From NCBI GenBank assembly GCA_030264375.1, contig JASCQW010000099.1, positions 43,178,417-43,242,416 of the forward strand: DNA of 64,000 nucleotides, read 5' to 3'. The notes under the pieces are model-generated. The model was not told the origin of the DNA, did not search any database, and saw only the letters and a program-made list of their open reading frames with translations. Below are positions 49,906-62,165 of this stretch, in pieces. Within the stretch, counting starts at the first letter, position 1. The number at the start of each line of letters is the position of its first letter. The DNA comes from Carcharhinus longimanus (lineage: Eukaryota). The translations under genes and the position numbers were made by a program.

Positions 49906-51706
49906 GGTATGAAGGAAATGACTCTTTCCTGAACAATGGAACAGGATCTTAGAGCCTGAGTTAAGCTGGTTAAAAGCAATTCAATGAAAATTTCTTCACG
50001 TTAATGGTTGTGAGAATATGGAGGACATTCCCCACAGAATTATAACTGAAGTGTTTAGAAGGGGAAGAGAAAAGTAGGAGTATTAAGGGACATCAGGTTC
50101 TCCTCTGAAGAGTCTTGCTGGACAGAAAGACAAATTGGAAAATTGGACACGAAGGTCAGCATAAATGATCTGGTGCAGATTTGGTGCTATGGATCAGGGG
50201 ATGGGCCGCCATGTTTGATTTTCCAATGGAAGAACAGGATCCACTTGCCACTTCTATTGCTTCACCATAATCAACTTATTTAGCTCATCAAATGTGCAAA
50301 CATTGCAGCAGAGTGACTGGAAAAATATTTACGTCAATTTGGAAAGATCATTTCACCTGCCTGGAAAATATGAAAGCGTTTCGCAGCTGCAATAGCCCAG
50401 AGCTGACTGAGAATTTCAAAAACATACCTTCCTCTTCCCCCCCTTTCCAAGCTTTTGTGGGACAAGCGTACAAACAAACCAGCTTTTTAATTAGACTTTT
50501 CACTTTTCTCTACCGAACGGCACGTGAGGCAGACATGCTTGTGTCTGTTTCTATATCTAGTTTCTCCTGGAATCGGTCACAAGCCCGTTGTCAGGAGAAG
50601 CAGCTTGAGGGGTGCCATTCAAGCCTGGCTGACCAGGAGGCTCTCCCGCTCATGCTGCCTGCCACAGGGGTATTAGAAGGATTCAGAGGTTGACCTTTTT
50701 GTCCACATTATAAATACATCTTCTTTGGACATCACAGCCTGGAGTGGAACTCAAACTCAGAGCTTTGGGCTCAGAGGCAGGGATGCGATCCTTCATGCCA
50801 CAAGAACCTCCCTCCCTCCCCAGCAGTTTAATTAGCAATCTTATATTCCCTGTAGAGTAATTGCAGAGAATGTAAAATCCAGCCTCACTGAGAATGGAGG
50901 CCTGATTTAATTTGACTTACCCAGCAGAAAAGACTAGGGTTTGCACGTTAAAAACAATCAGGTTATTTATCTGTTGGGAACTTGATTGTTTCTTGCCATC
51001 TTGGATATTAATCTACCCTGCAGCTGGGATTGGGCTCCTCTCTACAGGCATTTGCAGATAGTGAATTACGCAAAGTTGGGTCCTAATTATGTCAGTGGGG
51101 CCCCGATGGTGCTGAGTGGGGAAATGTGGTTGTTTTCCAGCCGGGCAAATCAGGTCAGCAGCTGGCATGATGGGCAGGACAAAGAGGCCCTCCAGGTAGT
51201 TGAAAATTGTCCTCTACGGGAAAGGAAAGTCATTATCTCTAGTGTCCTGGACATGCCCCTCTCTACCCCTTCCTAAACCTCCCCTCCACCACTGGCCTAG
51301 AAGCTGCCAGGAGGCCTGCACATTCCCAGTTGGCATCCATTCTTTCACCTCTTCTCAGCTTTGTAGAAAAGGGACCAGTGACATTTAAATAATGCCAGGC
51401 GTGGCCTCCTACTGTCTTGGTCAGGCAGCAGAATTAACCCCTCAAAGCCGGAGAGCAGTTTTCAGTTAAAATTCACCAGTAGGAGTTACTGATGATTCTA
51501 CTTCATATTGTTATAGCGATTCTGCTCCATGTTAATTAATCACAAGACCACAGAATGAATCTGTCACTAAGGTTTCAGAATTTGATTTGAGGTGCAAATG
51601 CACAGAATGATAATGTCAGCGGTGTAGAAGATTTCTCGTGTTGGCGTGAAGCCATTTCATTAATTAACAAAGTACGCTTGCTGAAGTAGTGCTCTGTAGG
51701 GAGTCT

Positions 51707-51720
51707 GCTTCCATAGCAAC
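51707..51720. promoter_or_regulatory. RFX X-box-like motif
   Basis: GCTTCCATAGCAAC, close to the X-box consensus GTTNCCATRGCAAC. Confidence 0.35.
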
Positions 51721-52128
51721 AAGTGAATGTCATAGGACTAAAGACGTCTGAACATACAGAATAAAATTGGAAAGGGGGGGAATTCCCACAGTTCCTCTCA
51801 AAATTTCCCCTTCACTCCCCTCTATTCTTCAGCTTCTCCCAGTAATCATCATATATGGACATTACAACAAATGTGTGTAAAATGACATTGTCTGGTGCTT
51901 GCATGACCATGGATGATTCCCATGATTTTTTTCTCTTTCTCTTATTTTTACAGGTGTCATTAATTTGTTATTCTTTGTTTAGAAATATTTAGAACAATGC
52001 TGAATGATGTCAATTTACATGTACCCAATTGACAAAACACTGACAAACAGACATTCAATGGGCAGAATGTTCTATTCTCTGTTACTATCAGCATATGTTT
52101 TAACTGACAGTGAAATACTTTATATAAT

Positions 52129-52462
52129 GGGGGAGGCAGTGGCGTAGTGGTGTTGTCGCTGGGCTAGTAATGCAGAGGTCCAGGGTAACATTCTGGGGAC
52201 CTGGGTTCAAATCCCACTACGGCAGATGGTGAAATTTGAATTCAATAAAAAAAATCTGTTTAATGATGATCATGAAGCCATTGTTGATGTGAAAAAAAAC
52301 CCATCTGGTTCACAAATGTCCTCTAGGGAAGGAAATCTGCTGTCTTTACCCAGCTTGGTTTACATGTGACTCCAGACCTACAGAAAGGCTCTCAGCCTCA
52401 GTGATGGGCAATAATAGCTGGCCCAGCCAGTGACGCCTACATCCCATGAACAAATGAAAAAA
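52129..52462 (+). mobile_element. SINE family C, full length
   Basis: A-box TGGCGTAGTGG, B-box GGTTCAAATCC, core and tail present. Confidence 0.9.
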
Positions 52463-53038
52463 ATAACTAAAATGGTTGATCACATCTGTCAAGGGAGTAA
52501 AATTTGAATTAATTTTGACTTGTTATGGACCTGTTCATAAGACAGGGCTGAAGTTGGGGTTGGGAGGAGCGGAGGGGCTTGCAGGTGGGCTACTTATTAA
52601 TTATTAGCGCCTCGCCTCATGGAGTCTGTTCAAGTTTACACTTTCTGACAATGAACTTGACTCAGAAAGGTATCGTCCTGCAGAAAGAGGATACACTGGA
52701 AGATATTTTAATGAAAAAAGCTCTAATACATCTTCCAGCAGGTGGCTCAAGAACAACATGAACAGGATCCTAGGCGTAGGTTACCTGCCTGTATTCTCCT
52801 AGATTCTGTGAGGTGGTTGCGAATGAGGATAGATAGCACAAAATAACTTACAAAATGAAGGGAAAAATGAATGCCATATTTTAAAACTTTAATTTGTTGC
52901 AATCTGGACCAAAATGAAATATCTACAGGAGAGATAAATTATCCAAGCACTTGTTTCCAGCAATTGAAGACATGATGAAGAATTAATTAAAATGCTCAGC
53001 TGAAGAAAGCATCTGGTTTGAACTCCGAACAAATGAAG

Positions 53039-53052
53039 GTTGCCATAGCAAC
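53039..53052. promoter_or_regulatory. RFX X-box motif (near-palindromic)
   Basis: GTTGCCATAGCAAC. Confidence 0.5.
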
Positions 53053-53879
53053 GCTAAGGCAAGAGTTTCAAAATAATTTGCCTTTAGATCCCTTCCGTCT
53101 GTGTAAAGCACATCTGAAGAAAGGATTTGCAATCAAAAATGTTTATTTTATTTATTGATTATAAACGTGGCTTTTTTGAGTAGGGGTGGGTGTAGGGGGT
53201 TGTGGGGTGGTGGGGAGTGGGCAAGGGGTCTATAATTGGGTGAGCTAGGTTGACATTGTTTGGTTATTTTAAGTTTTCCGTAACTGGACAACTTGCCAAG
53301 AACACTCACGCAAATCATCATCTCTTAGTTTCTTTACAGTTTTTTCAGGGTGAACTTCTGGCCAATGTGATATATGTTTAGTTTTGAAGATAACATATAC
53401 TGTTGTCCAATTGGCCATGGAATGCTTCAGATGGAGCTGGTTTCATCCCTTGCAAATTGTCTCAATTTCAGTATTGCTGAGTGTTTCCAAGTCTCTAACC
53501 CCTATGTCAAAGTAAAACACATTTCACTTCTTGGCTTTTTTGAAAAAGGTAATTGCTAACAGTGACAAAAATGGTTAACAGTTCCTATCTCAAATGTCTG
53601 AATAGTGCATGCCAATATTTCATGTGCTTTCTTTCTTGTTTCTGAAAATGAATCAATGTACCTTTGGGAGAAATCAAAATACAACAATAAAAGATTGATT
53701 TATTGCTTGCATCGAAACCTTTAAAGTTTGAAATATCATTCTGGACAATGAAGCATGGAGGAAGCGTGTGTCCAAGTCATTTTCTCAGGACTGATATTAT
53801 AGTATATAATCAGTTTGGAATTCCCATCTAACTGTTATTACTTTCCATACCACTTCTGTCTGAAAACCTGATTCCAAAG

Positions 53880-54061
53880 TGTTGTGTATTTGGAGAATGA
53901 GACTCAGGAACGCTCAATAAATGAACTCAACTTTATTGTGGTGTGTCCTCTCTCATACCTGCTGCTTTTCAGTTTCCCACTCTACATTGCATTGCATCAC
54001 TTCCTTGAATACATTACTATAGCGAGGCTCTATAGTGAGCCAAAAAGGACAAATATATAAT
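53880..54061 (-). repeat. 3' LTR of Gypsy element 2
   Basis: TTGTGGTGTGTCCTCTCTCAT.CCTGCTGCTT...AGTGAGCCAAAA..ACAAATATATAA is shared with 57730-57859. Confidence 0.88.
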
Positions 54062-54736
54062 ACTTCCTCCCCCCTTAATATGAACATCCTCAAAAGAAGT
54101 TCAACATGAACAGTAGATAAGAGGTTGGACACAGTTATAAATTCAAGCAGTCTGGAGGTTGTCGCTCTTTGAATGGCTGATGGTGAATCTCTGGCATTTT
54201 CACCTTCATCTGAAATCAGTGGTAGGTGGTTTAATGGGCATTGACATGGGAACTGGAGGTTGTTTCTGTGCCTGAACTGACAGTGAGGTGTTGACTTCCT
54301 CAACGATATCTGGTAGTGTAGGGTTCACAGGAAAGCCCTGACTTGGTAAGGTTGAACCTGAATTCTCAACAGGCTCCAATTTTAGCAGATTTGTTTTTTC
54401 AGCCAGTAATTGGTCTGCATGTCTCATCCAGACAATGTCATCTGAGGTCTGGACAGAGTTTTAGCTTTTTAGTCAACCTTAATCTTTGCTTAAGGTTTGA
54501 GAATCAAAAGCAATGGATCTTTCTTCGCCCAATGGCATGATGTGGGAGACCGCTGCTCTTATACCATATGGAGATGCCTCAGAAGCTAACTGCAAGGGTA
54601 AAGTAGGATCAAAATGTGTGAGAGTGTAAGGCTTAACCTGTGCTTCTTTGGCTCACGTGAAGGCGTTATGCATTCTCCTGACCACTTCCACATCTTCTTC
54701 TGGTACAGGCACTTATGTAATGGTTTCAGAATTGTT

Positions 54737-55615
54737 ACGATGTGAAGTGCCCATGTTGGGCTGGGGTAAACACATTAAGAAGTCTCACAACACCAGGTTA
54801 AAGTCCAACAGATTTATTTGGTAGTAAACGCCACTAGCTTTCAGAACGTTGTTCCTTTGTCAGGTGAGTGGAGAGTTCTGATCACAAACAGGGCATATAA
54901 AGTCACACACAGTTTACAGAATACTGATTAGAATGTGAGTCTTTACAGCTAATCAGCTATTCAAGCCTTAAAGGTGCAGACAATGTGAGTGGAGATAGCA
55001 TTAAGCATAGATTAAAGAGATGTGTATTGTCTCCAGACAGGACNNNNNNNNNNNNNNNNNNNNNNNNNNNNNNNNNNNNNNNNNNNNNNNNNNNNNNNNN
55101 NNNNNNNNNNNNNNNNNNNNNNNNNNNNNNNNNNNNNNNNNNNNNNNNNNNNNNNNNNNNNNNNNNNNNNNNNNNNNNNNNNNNNNNNNNNNNNNNNNNN
55201 NNNNNNNNNNNNNNNNNNNNNNNNNNNNNNNNNNNNNNNNNNNNNNNNNNNNNNNNNNNNNNNNNNNNNNNNNNNNNNNNNNNNNNNNNNNNNNNNNNNN
55301 NNNNNNNNNNNNNNNNNNNNNNNNNNNNNNNNNNNNNNNNNNNNNNNNNNNNNNNNNNNNNNNNNNNNNNNNNNNNNNNNNNNNNNNNNNNNNNNNNNNN
55401 NNNNNNNNNNNNNNNNNNNNNNTCACATTGTCTGCACCTTTAAGACTTGAATAGCAGATTAGCTGTAAAGACTCACATTCTAATCAGTATTCTGTAAACC
55501 ATGTGTGCCTTTATACACCCTGTTTGTGATCAGAACTCTCCATTCACCTGATGAAGGATCAGCGTTCCGAAAGCTAGTGGCGTTTACTACCAAATAAACT
55601 TGTTGGACTTTAATG
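54737..55615. mobile_element. Foldback Penelope-derived element inserted in Gypsy pol
   Basis: ~190-bp arms are inverted copies (54798-54988 vs 55423-55613); flanked by near-identical TGGT(A)TTCAGAATTGTT duplications. Confidence 0.8.
55544..55580 (+). ncRNA. Minimal type I hammerhead ribozyme motif (PLE-associated)
   Basis: TCAC-CTGATGA-AGGATCAGCGTTCC-GAAA-GCTA-GTGG: core boxes, stem II, palindromic AGCT stem III, CAC/GTG stem I. Confidence 0.6.
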
Positions 55616-57685
55616 TGGTATTCAGAATTGTTGCCAGGTTTGAGACAAATCCTATATAATCAATGATCCCAGGAGGGAATGTAACTGTCTTACATTTTGA
55701 GTAGCATGAAGGCTTTATCCCTAGAAGGAGAGTTTTGAAGGCATATCCCAGGTACTCAAGAAAGGATTGGAAGAATTCACATTTGTCCTCTGGACTTTCA
55801 AACAGTACTCTCACAATCCTTAGAGAGTGGCATTCAAGTTTTGAAGGGGTTCCTCTTCATTTCTTCCAGTGGCTGGGATGTCATCCAGATAACACTGGAC
55901 TTCACTCAGTCCACTCAGGATCTAATCCACTGCCCTATGAAACAACGCAGGAGCCAAACCACAATCTTTGGGACCAAGTCCTTGTGTGTCACGATTGTCA
56001 GAGGTTTCTGCGACTTCTTGTCCACATTCATCTGCAAATTTGTCTGGCTCAGGTTAATTTTGTTGTAATTTTGGTCTCCTACCAATCCTGCAAACAAGTT
56101 GTCAATGTGAGTTAATGGATAGTGTTCAGCACATAACACTGGATTATGGCCACCTTAAAGTCCCCACCATTCCTCATGGGGCCATCTTTCTTGATGACTG
56201 GAACAATAGGCATGGCCCATTCACTCACACTGACAGGTTCCAAATCTCCAGTCTTCACAAGCCTTTCCAAGTCTTTGGCCTAATTGCATATGGTGCAGAC
56301 ATTGCCTTCAAACATTTTGCATGGCTTCCGTCTTTTACTTTTAGTTTGACTGAAATATGCTTTGTGCTCCCTAATTCTCTGTTGAAAACAATAGTGTATT
56401 TAAAAAAAAATTGTGAGGCCTGATTCTCCAATGACCATCATGTGGACTGTAGTTAAATTGCACAATTTCATAGTGTGGCCCTTCAGAGGAACCAGTTCTC
56501 CTGTGTACATCTTCAGTACTATCCTTGATGGCTCTTAGAGATTGTGTTGGAATCTCTCATTTTGATAGTTGCTGGCACCAGCAAGACGTCAATTTCCATC
56601 CTTACTGACTGTCCTTCCAGCAGTGGAGTAACCCAGTATCTGTGTGTAGTACTGGTGATGGCTAACACATGTAGTGATAGCTTCTCTTCTGACTGCCCTT
56701 CTCAACCCTGTTGTGCTGCATGGAGATTTCTCCTTTTATTTTGTTTAAATGTTGATTTGGTTTATTCCCGCCTTTTATTTTTATTTGTAGCTTGCATTTT
56801 ATTCTGCAAGCCTGCTCTATGTGTCCTTTCTTTCCACAGCTTCAATATGCCATGTCTTTCCACCAGCATTCAGCAGCAGAATGCCCTGACTTTGCACACC
56901 GGCAACATATATGGGCCCCGACGGCTTTCAGTGTCAATTCAGCAGACATTCCGTGCACCCAAGTGGATTAACTCAATTGCTGGGCTCCCTCTGCAGCCAG
57001 CTGTACAGAAGTAAAGATTTCAATGGCTTTCTGCAGCGTGAGATTACTCTCAGTTAACAAACGTTTTTGCGTTGTCTCGCTGCTTAGACCACAAACAAAT
57101 CTGTCACAAACAGTGTCATTAAGCATGTCCCCAAACTCTCAATATTCTACAAGGCTCCTTAGGACTGCAACAAATTGTATGATTGATCTTCCCTCCTTTT
57201 TGTTGCCTTGATGGAATCTAAAGGGCTCTGCAATCGCCAGGGATTAAGGGGAAAAATGTGCTTGCAAAAGTTCCATAATTTGTTTGTACATTTTCGAACC
57301 TGGCTTATCAGATTGCACAAGACTGTGGAGGAGGTGAAAAGTTTTTCCTCTCATCGTGCTCAGGGAAGTGAGCACTGTAATGTATTCATCTATTTTGTTC
57401 ACCAGCGCAAAATAATCAAAGCGCTCAGTATAAGAGCTCCTCTGCTCCACATTCTCATCAAAAGCTCCAATGACGCCATTTTTACTCATGCAGGTTTCCT
57501 ATATATGTGTATCTTGCAAACAGCAGCTGCCTCAGTTTTCTTATTTACACAAATCTTCCGTCCGTCATTCCCCACAGCCAGCTCTGCATGTGTGAAAAGC
57601 TTCCCCTTTTCTGACTTCTCTTTTCTTAGACTTACCCTTCTGAGTGGTTTAGCAAGCACGTTTCCGTTATCCTTGTAGCCTGTTT

Positions 57686-57859
57686 TGTTGTATTTGGAAA
57701 CCGATGCTCATAAACATCATGATGTAACTTTGTTGTGGTGTGTCCTCTCTCATGCCTGCTGCTTCCCTGTTTCTTGCCCTAAATTGCATTGCACCACTTC
57801 CTCGCATGTATCACTACAGCAGGTCCCTAGAGTGAGCCAAAAGGAACAAATATATAACA
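57686..57859 (-). repeat. 5' LTR of Gypsy element 2
   Basis: TGTTGTATTTGG...ATATATAACA followed by TSD CAAAG; degenerate PBS at ~57668-57680. Confidence 0.85.
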
Positions 57860-58219
57860 CAAAGTAAGGTGGTATGATGGTAAACTGATTGTAAACTGTA
57901 CATTTTGCTTCCAGCCAAATGTCATGTTTCCAACTTGTTGGGGGTTGATATTATGTATGTATCAACTGAAACCTGATACCCATCTAAAGGGAATGAAATA
58001 GATAAACTTACTCTCTTGGATTTGATTTCAGCTATGGATGTCCCTAATTATAAAGAGTATAAACTTCAATTTCTAACAGCGCCATACTGTCAGCACTGAG
58101 TTCAATATAATAGCCCGTCTAATTGGAACTGTCCCCTTAAGGGGTCAGCCAGAGAGATGTGAATGTATTACACTCCTGTGCCAAAGGAAACTGCAGATAC
58201 TGAACACTAGATACTGATT

Positions 58220-58516
58220 TTAAGTTTATTTATGAGTGTCACAAGAAGGCTTATATTAACACTGTAATGAAGTTACTGCAAAAAATCCCTTAGTCACCAC
58301 ACTCTGGCGCCTGTTTGGGTACACTGAGGGAGAATTTAGCATGGCTGATGCAACTAACCAGCATGTCTTTTGGACTGTGGAAGGAAGTTGGAGCAACTGG
58401 AGGAAACCCATGCAAACACGGGAGAACATGCAAACTTCGCACAGACAGTGACCCAAGCTAGGAATCGAACCCAGGTCCCTGGCACTGTGAGGCAGCAGTG
58501 CTAACCACCATGTCAC
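58220..58516 (-). mobile_element. V-SINE subfamily B
   Basis: Tail B, V-core and head present. Confidence 0.9.
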
Positions 58517-59267
58517 TGGGTCTGGAAACCATTAAGGAAGATAGTTGAGTTTGATTAATGTTGATAGATGATTCTGATTCAGCCTCTTAACGTTACTGGA
58601 TGACCTCTTCAACTCAACTATTGTGATAAATCTGAAACTTCCAACCAGGTGGTTTCATTTACTAACCTGACATTTTTTATGTTAAGAGTTCCATCATGGA
58701 GGCTTTACAACTAATATCTAAAAAAACTGGTGGCCCTGAAGAGAGACTTCTACCAGGCATGTGGAGCATATAGTGTAAAATGGAAAAAGTTTATTCATTG
58801 TTGAAAAGTCAAACCATTGACTCTACACTGCGTGAGATCACACTTTTTTTCAGCAATAATGTTTTTGGCAAGTCTTCTGCCGTGTTAAAAATTGGGCAAA
58901 ATCTCAAGGTGGTACAGAGGAAATCAATATGTGAAGTAAGTTGAAAGCTTTTACCTTTTAATAGTGGAATTCCAACAAAGATCAGGTCCCAAAGGGAAAC
59001 AAATGGGTTGCTCTGACAGTCCAGCTGCACAGGAAAAGGTAAAATCTTTTGCTGTTATCTCTAATTGGTGAGCTGTCCATCATCGGATCAGGGACAGGAA
59101 ACGAGCAATGAATACTGATATCCAAAGTATGCATAGGCACGATGGAGTCAGCTTTCTCTTGGCAGGAACAACTTCTCAGAGAAATCACCGGAATGAAGTT
59201 ATGGAACTTCTGAATTAGCAAGAATGGAGTCAGCAACTAGCACACTTAATGGGCAGAGCAGTTTTCA

Positions 59268-59576
59268 TCATAGAATCCCTACAGTGCAGAGGAGGCCATT
59301 CAGCCCATCAAGTCTGTACCGATTTTTCCAACCAAGTATTTTAGTTAGCCCACTGTCTGTCCTAACCGCTTGCATTTACCCTGCTGATCCCCCTTACCTA
59401 CACGTCTTGGGGCATATAGGGGCAATTTAGCAAGACCAATCTACCTAACCTGCACATCTTTGGACAGTGGGAGGAAACTGGAGCACCTGGAGGAAACCCA
59501 CATAGACATGGGGAGAATGTGCAAACCCCACACAGACAGTCACCCAAGACTAGAACTGAACTCAGGTCCTTGGCGA
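59268..59576 (-). mobile_element. HE1-type V-SINE
   Basis: CATAGAATCCCTACAGTGCAGAGGAGGCCATTC tail and V-core. Confidence 0.88.
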
Positions 59577-61871
59577 TTTGCCTTTTTCTGTTGGTGTGGC
59601 CCAGGAAGATGATAGCCATATGGTTTCACAAGGCCACCCATCTATCACTACCCCTGCACCCAGCACCTTCCGCCATACACAGTTTCAAAACATTACAAAC
59701 GTTTCACTCTCATGCTGTAATTGTAATAATACAGATGAAGCATAATCTAATTAAAGGCTTGAGGATCGAAATGCCTACTTCCATTCCAATGTTCCTGGTA
59801 GAATCCTAAGAAGAAGGAAATCTAACAACAGACACATTTCTTTCTGAGGAGGTAAAGGTGAAATAGAATCTGGCCAACTGCCTCTGGAGGCAGGTTCAAG
59901 GTAACATTGGATATGGGAAAATTGCCTACTGCTGTTTACTGGGACATTGGCCAAATGTTATGTCAAGCAATCAAACCATCACCTCTCACTTAGTATACAC
60001 AATGGGAAAAGCTCAGGAGAGTAACAAAAATAAACTTCTAACAATCTAACAGAGATGTTAAATTCAAACACTTCATACTGAAAAAAATACTTTAAAACCT
60101 ATTGAAAGAATGTAAATCTCCCCAAGTGATCAATCTGTTATAGATACAAGCATTTATTTCACTTGCAACATTGAAGACAAGATAATCATTTAATAACCTC
60201 TTAAAAATCAAAACTTGAATGTAGCTCCCTGCTGAGATAAATGGTTCTAGACATTTTGGAATTCAGCCAAGGATTCATACTGGTCTCAAATATCAGAAAA
60301 AATCTTGGTAAGTGTCAATTATGGAGTTAATTGAAACCTAAACATTAGATATTTACTTTTAAAGCTCCAGCTGCTATTTAATTTCCCTTTCAAAGCAGAT
60401 TGCCTGGAAATCAATGAAATGTACAGGTGCTAATATCTTTTTTTAACTTTCAACATAATGGTTCATTTTGTTCAAAGCTAAAGATCACTGGATATTTAAA
60501 TCTCAGTCCAAAGCGTGACACAAGAGTTTCCTAATGCATATTTTTAGTTTTGAATGCGTTATGGAATTTTCGTCATTGGGGAAATATCATAACGCATGTT
60601 AACACTTACACAATGGTGAATAATATAATGGAAGAGCTCAAAATCAATCTCTGCAGTAAAAATACATGTAACTTACAATACAGCATCCAACTATTGAAAC
60701 TGGAAGAACATTTTGTTTATGTTTTTCAAAGCCTGAAAATTAAAGAATTTGAGGAGCAGTTGGTTGTTTTTGGTTCCCCACTGTGTTTGGGGTTCCCCAC
60801 AATTCACGTCTTCTCTGATGTGGCATTAACTACTTCATTTATCAAAATGGTCCTGACTCTGTGAAAATCGCAGAGGGTCTGAAATGCAATGGAATTGACA
60901 AGGGCAGGATTTGTGTGTGTGGACTCACTACCTGCATCCTTATGCTGGGGACAAAAAAATCTCACACGATAGAGATTGGTGTGGGAACCCAGAAGTAGTT
61001 TGTGTCCGCCATTTAGAAACTTCTCCTGCCTCCATTCCTATATAGACGAAAGCATAAAGTTCTGGGCCAGTTAGTTCATTTTATACATTTCAAGAGCTTA
61101 ATTGGACTATTGCATGTAACTTGAGTTTACTCAAGAGTTGAATGTACAATATATTGGCCTGAACCTGAGAATGAGGTCGAAATCCTGTCATCTGATTCTC
61201 CAATTTCTGTTTGTCTCTGCTAGCACCATTAATGAATCTCATCAGGAAATCTCTCCTTATGCTTTTATTTTGGCATCTATTTCATCATCTCATTAGCTCT
61301 TTTGCACTTGTGGATACCTTCTAATGACCCATTAGTACTCCCCCATTAAGATTCCATTCCTATCTGTCATTCTTATGTCTAAATATGATTACCCCACTTC
61401 TGTTACATGAAATTGCACCTGCCATCTTTTCACCACTGGCTTAATCTAAATTCTGTAGCAATTTTCTGCTGTGTCAATAAGTCAGTGTAAAACAACTAAC
61501 CCAGATTAACAGCATTTAATGAAGACACTCCTCCCAGCTCCAAACTATTTTCTTCTAAATGTCAAAATGTAACTGCCGAGCTCCATAAGGCATTGTGTGT
61601 GTCTCAGGCATCTTTGGGACAAAGGCAAGAGAAATTGGGAATTTTTCTCCATTTTCCATCTTGGGAATGGGAGCAATGATCTTTCCCATTCTTTAATTGG
61701 TTTGTTTTTATTGCCTTTAATAGTCTTTCAGTTCTGATTGTTCTCCAATGTTATTCACAATGATTCACACAGTTACTTTCTTGTTTAGTCACCCTCACAG
61801 ACCATCACTGCTTGGCTTTCAGGGATATACTTGGTTTGTAATCTTTTTCAGGATCAATTCCATTGTTGAGT

Positions 61872-62165
61872 TGCACAGTGGCATAGTGGTTAGCTCTGTT
61901 GCCTCACAGCACTAGGGATGCAGGTTCGATTCCTGGCTTGGGTCACTGTCTGTGGGGAGTTTGCACATTCTCCCTGTGTCTGCATGGGTTTCCTCCTGGT
62001 GCTCTNNNNNNNNNNTTTCACAGTCCAAAGATGTGCAGGCTAGGTGGATTGGCCATGCTAAATTGCCCCTGAGTTTCAGGGGGACTAGCAGGGTAAATAT
62101 GTGGGGATAGGGCCTGAGTGGGATTGTTGTCGGTGTTGACTCGATGGCACTGTAGGGATTCTATG
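61872..62165 (+). mobile_element. HE1-type V-SINE
   Basis: Head, V-core and GCACTGTAGGGATTCTATG tail. Confidence 0.9.

Larger units (their letters stand above)
53880..57859 (-). mobile_element. Ty3/Gypsy LTR retrotransposon 2, decayed, integrase core deleted
   Basis: LTRs 53880-54061 and ~57686-57859; TSD CAAAG at 53875-53879 and 57860-57864; PPT at ~54062-54076; gag GVIGAFDENVEQRSSYTERF; RT YPLTHIDNLFAGL...KINLSQ; RNase H HFDPTLPLQLASEASPYG; IN tail VWMRHADQL. Confidence 0.92.

Noticed and set aside
52129-52220. tRNA-like A and B boxes as a tRNA gene
   Set aside because: They continue into a SINE body and tail, and no cloverleaf of normal length is evident.
54985-55454. Four ~140-150 aa ORFs
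   Set aside because: They span an N gap.
56544-57678. Plus-strand 156-aa ORFs
   Set aside because: They are antisense to Gypsy gag and protease.
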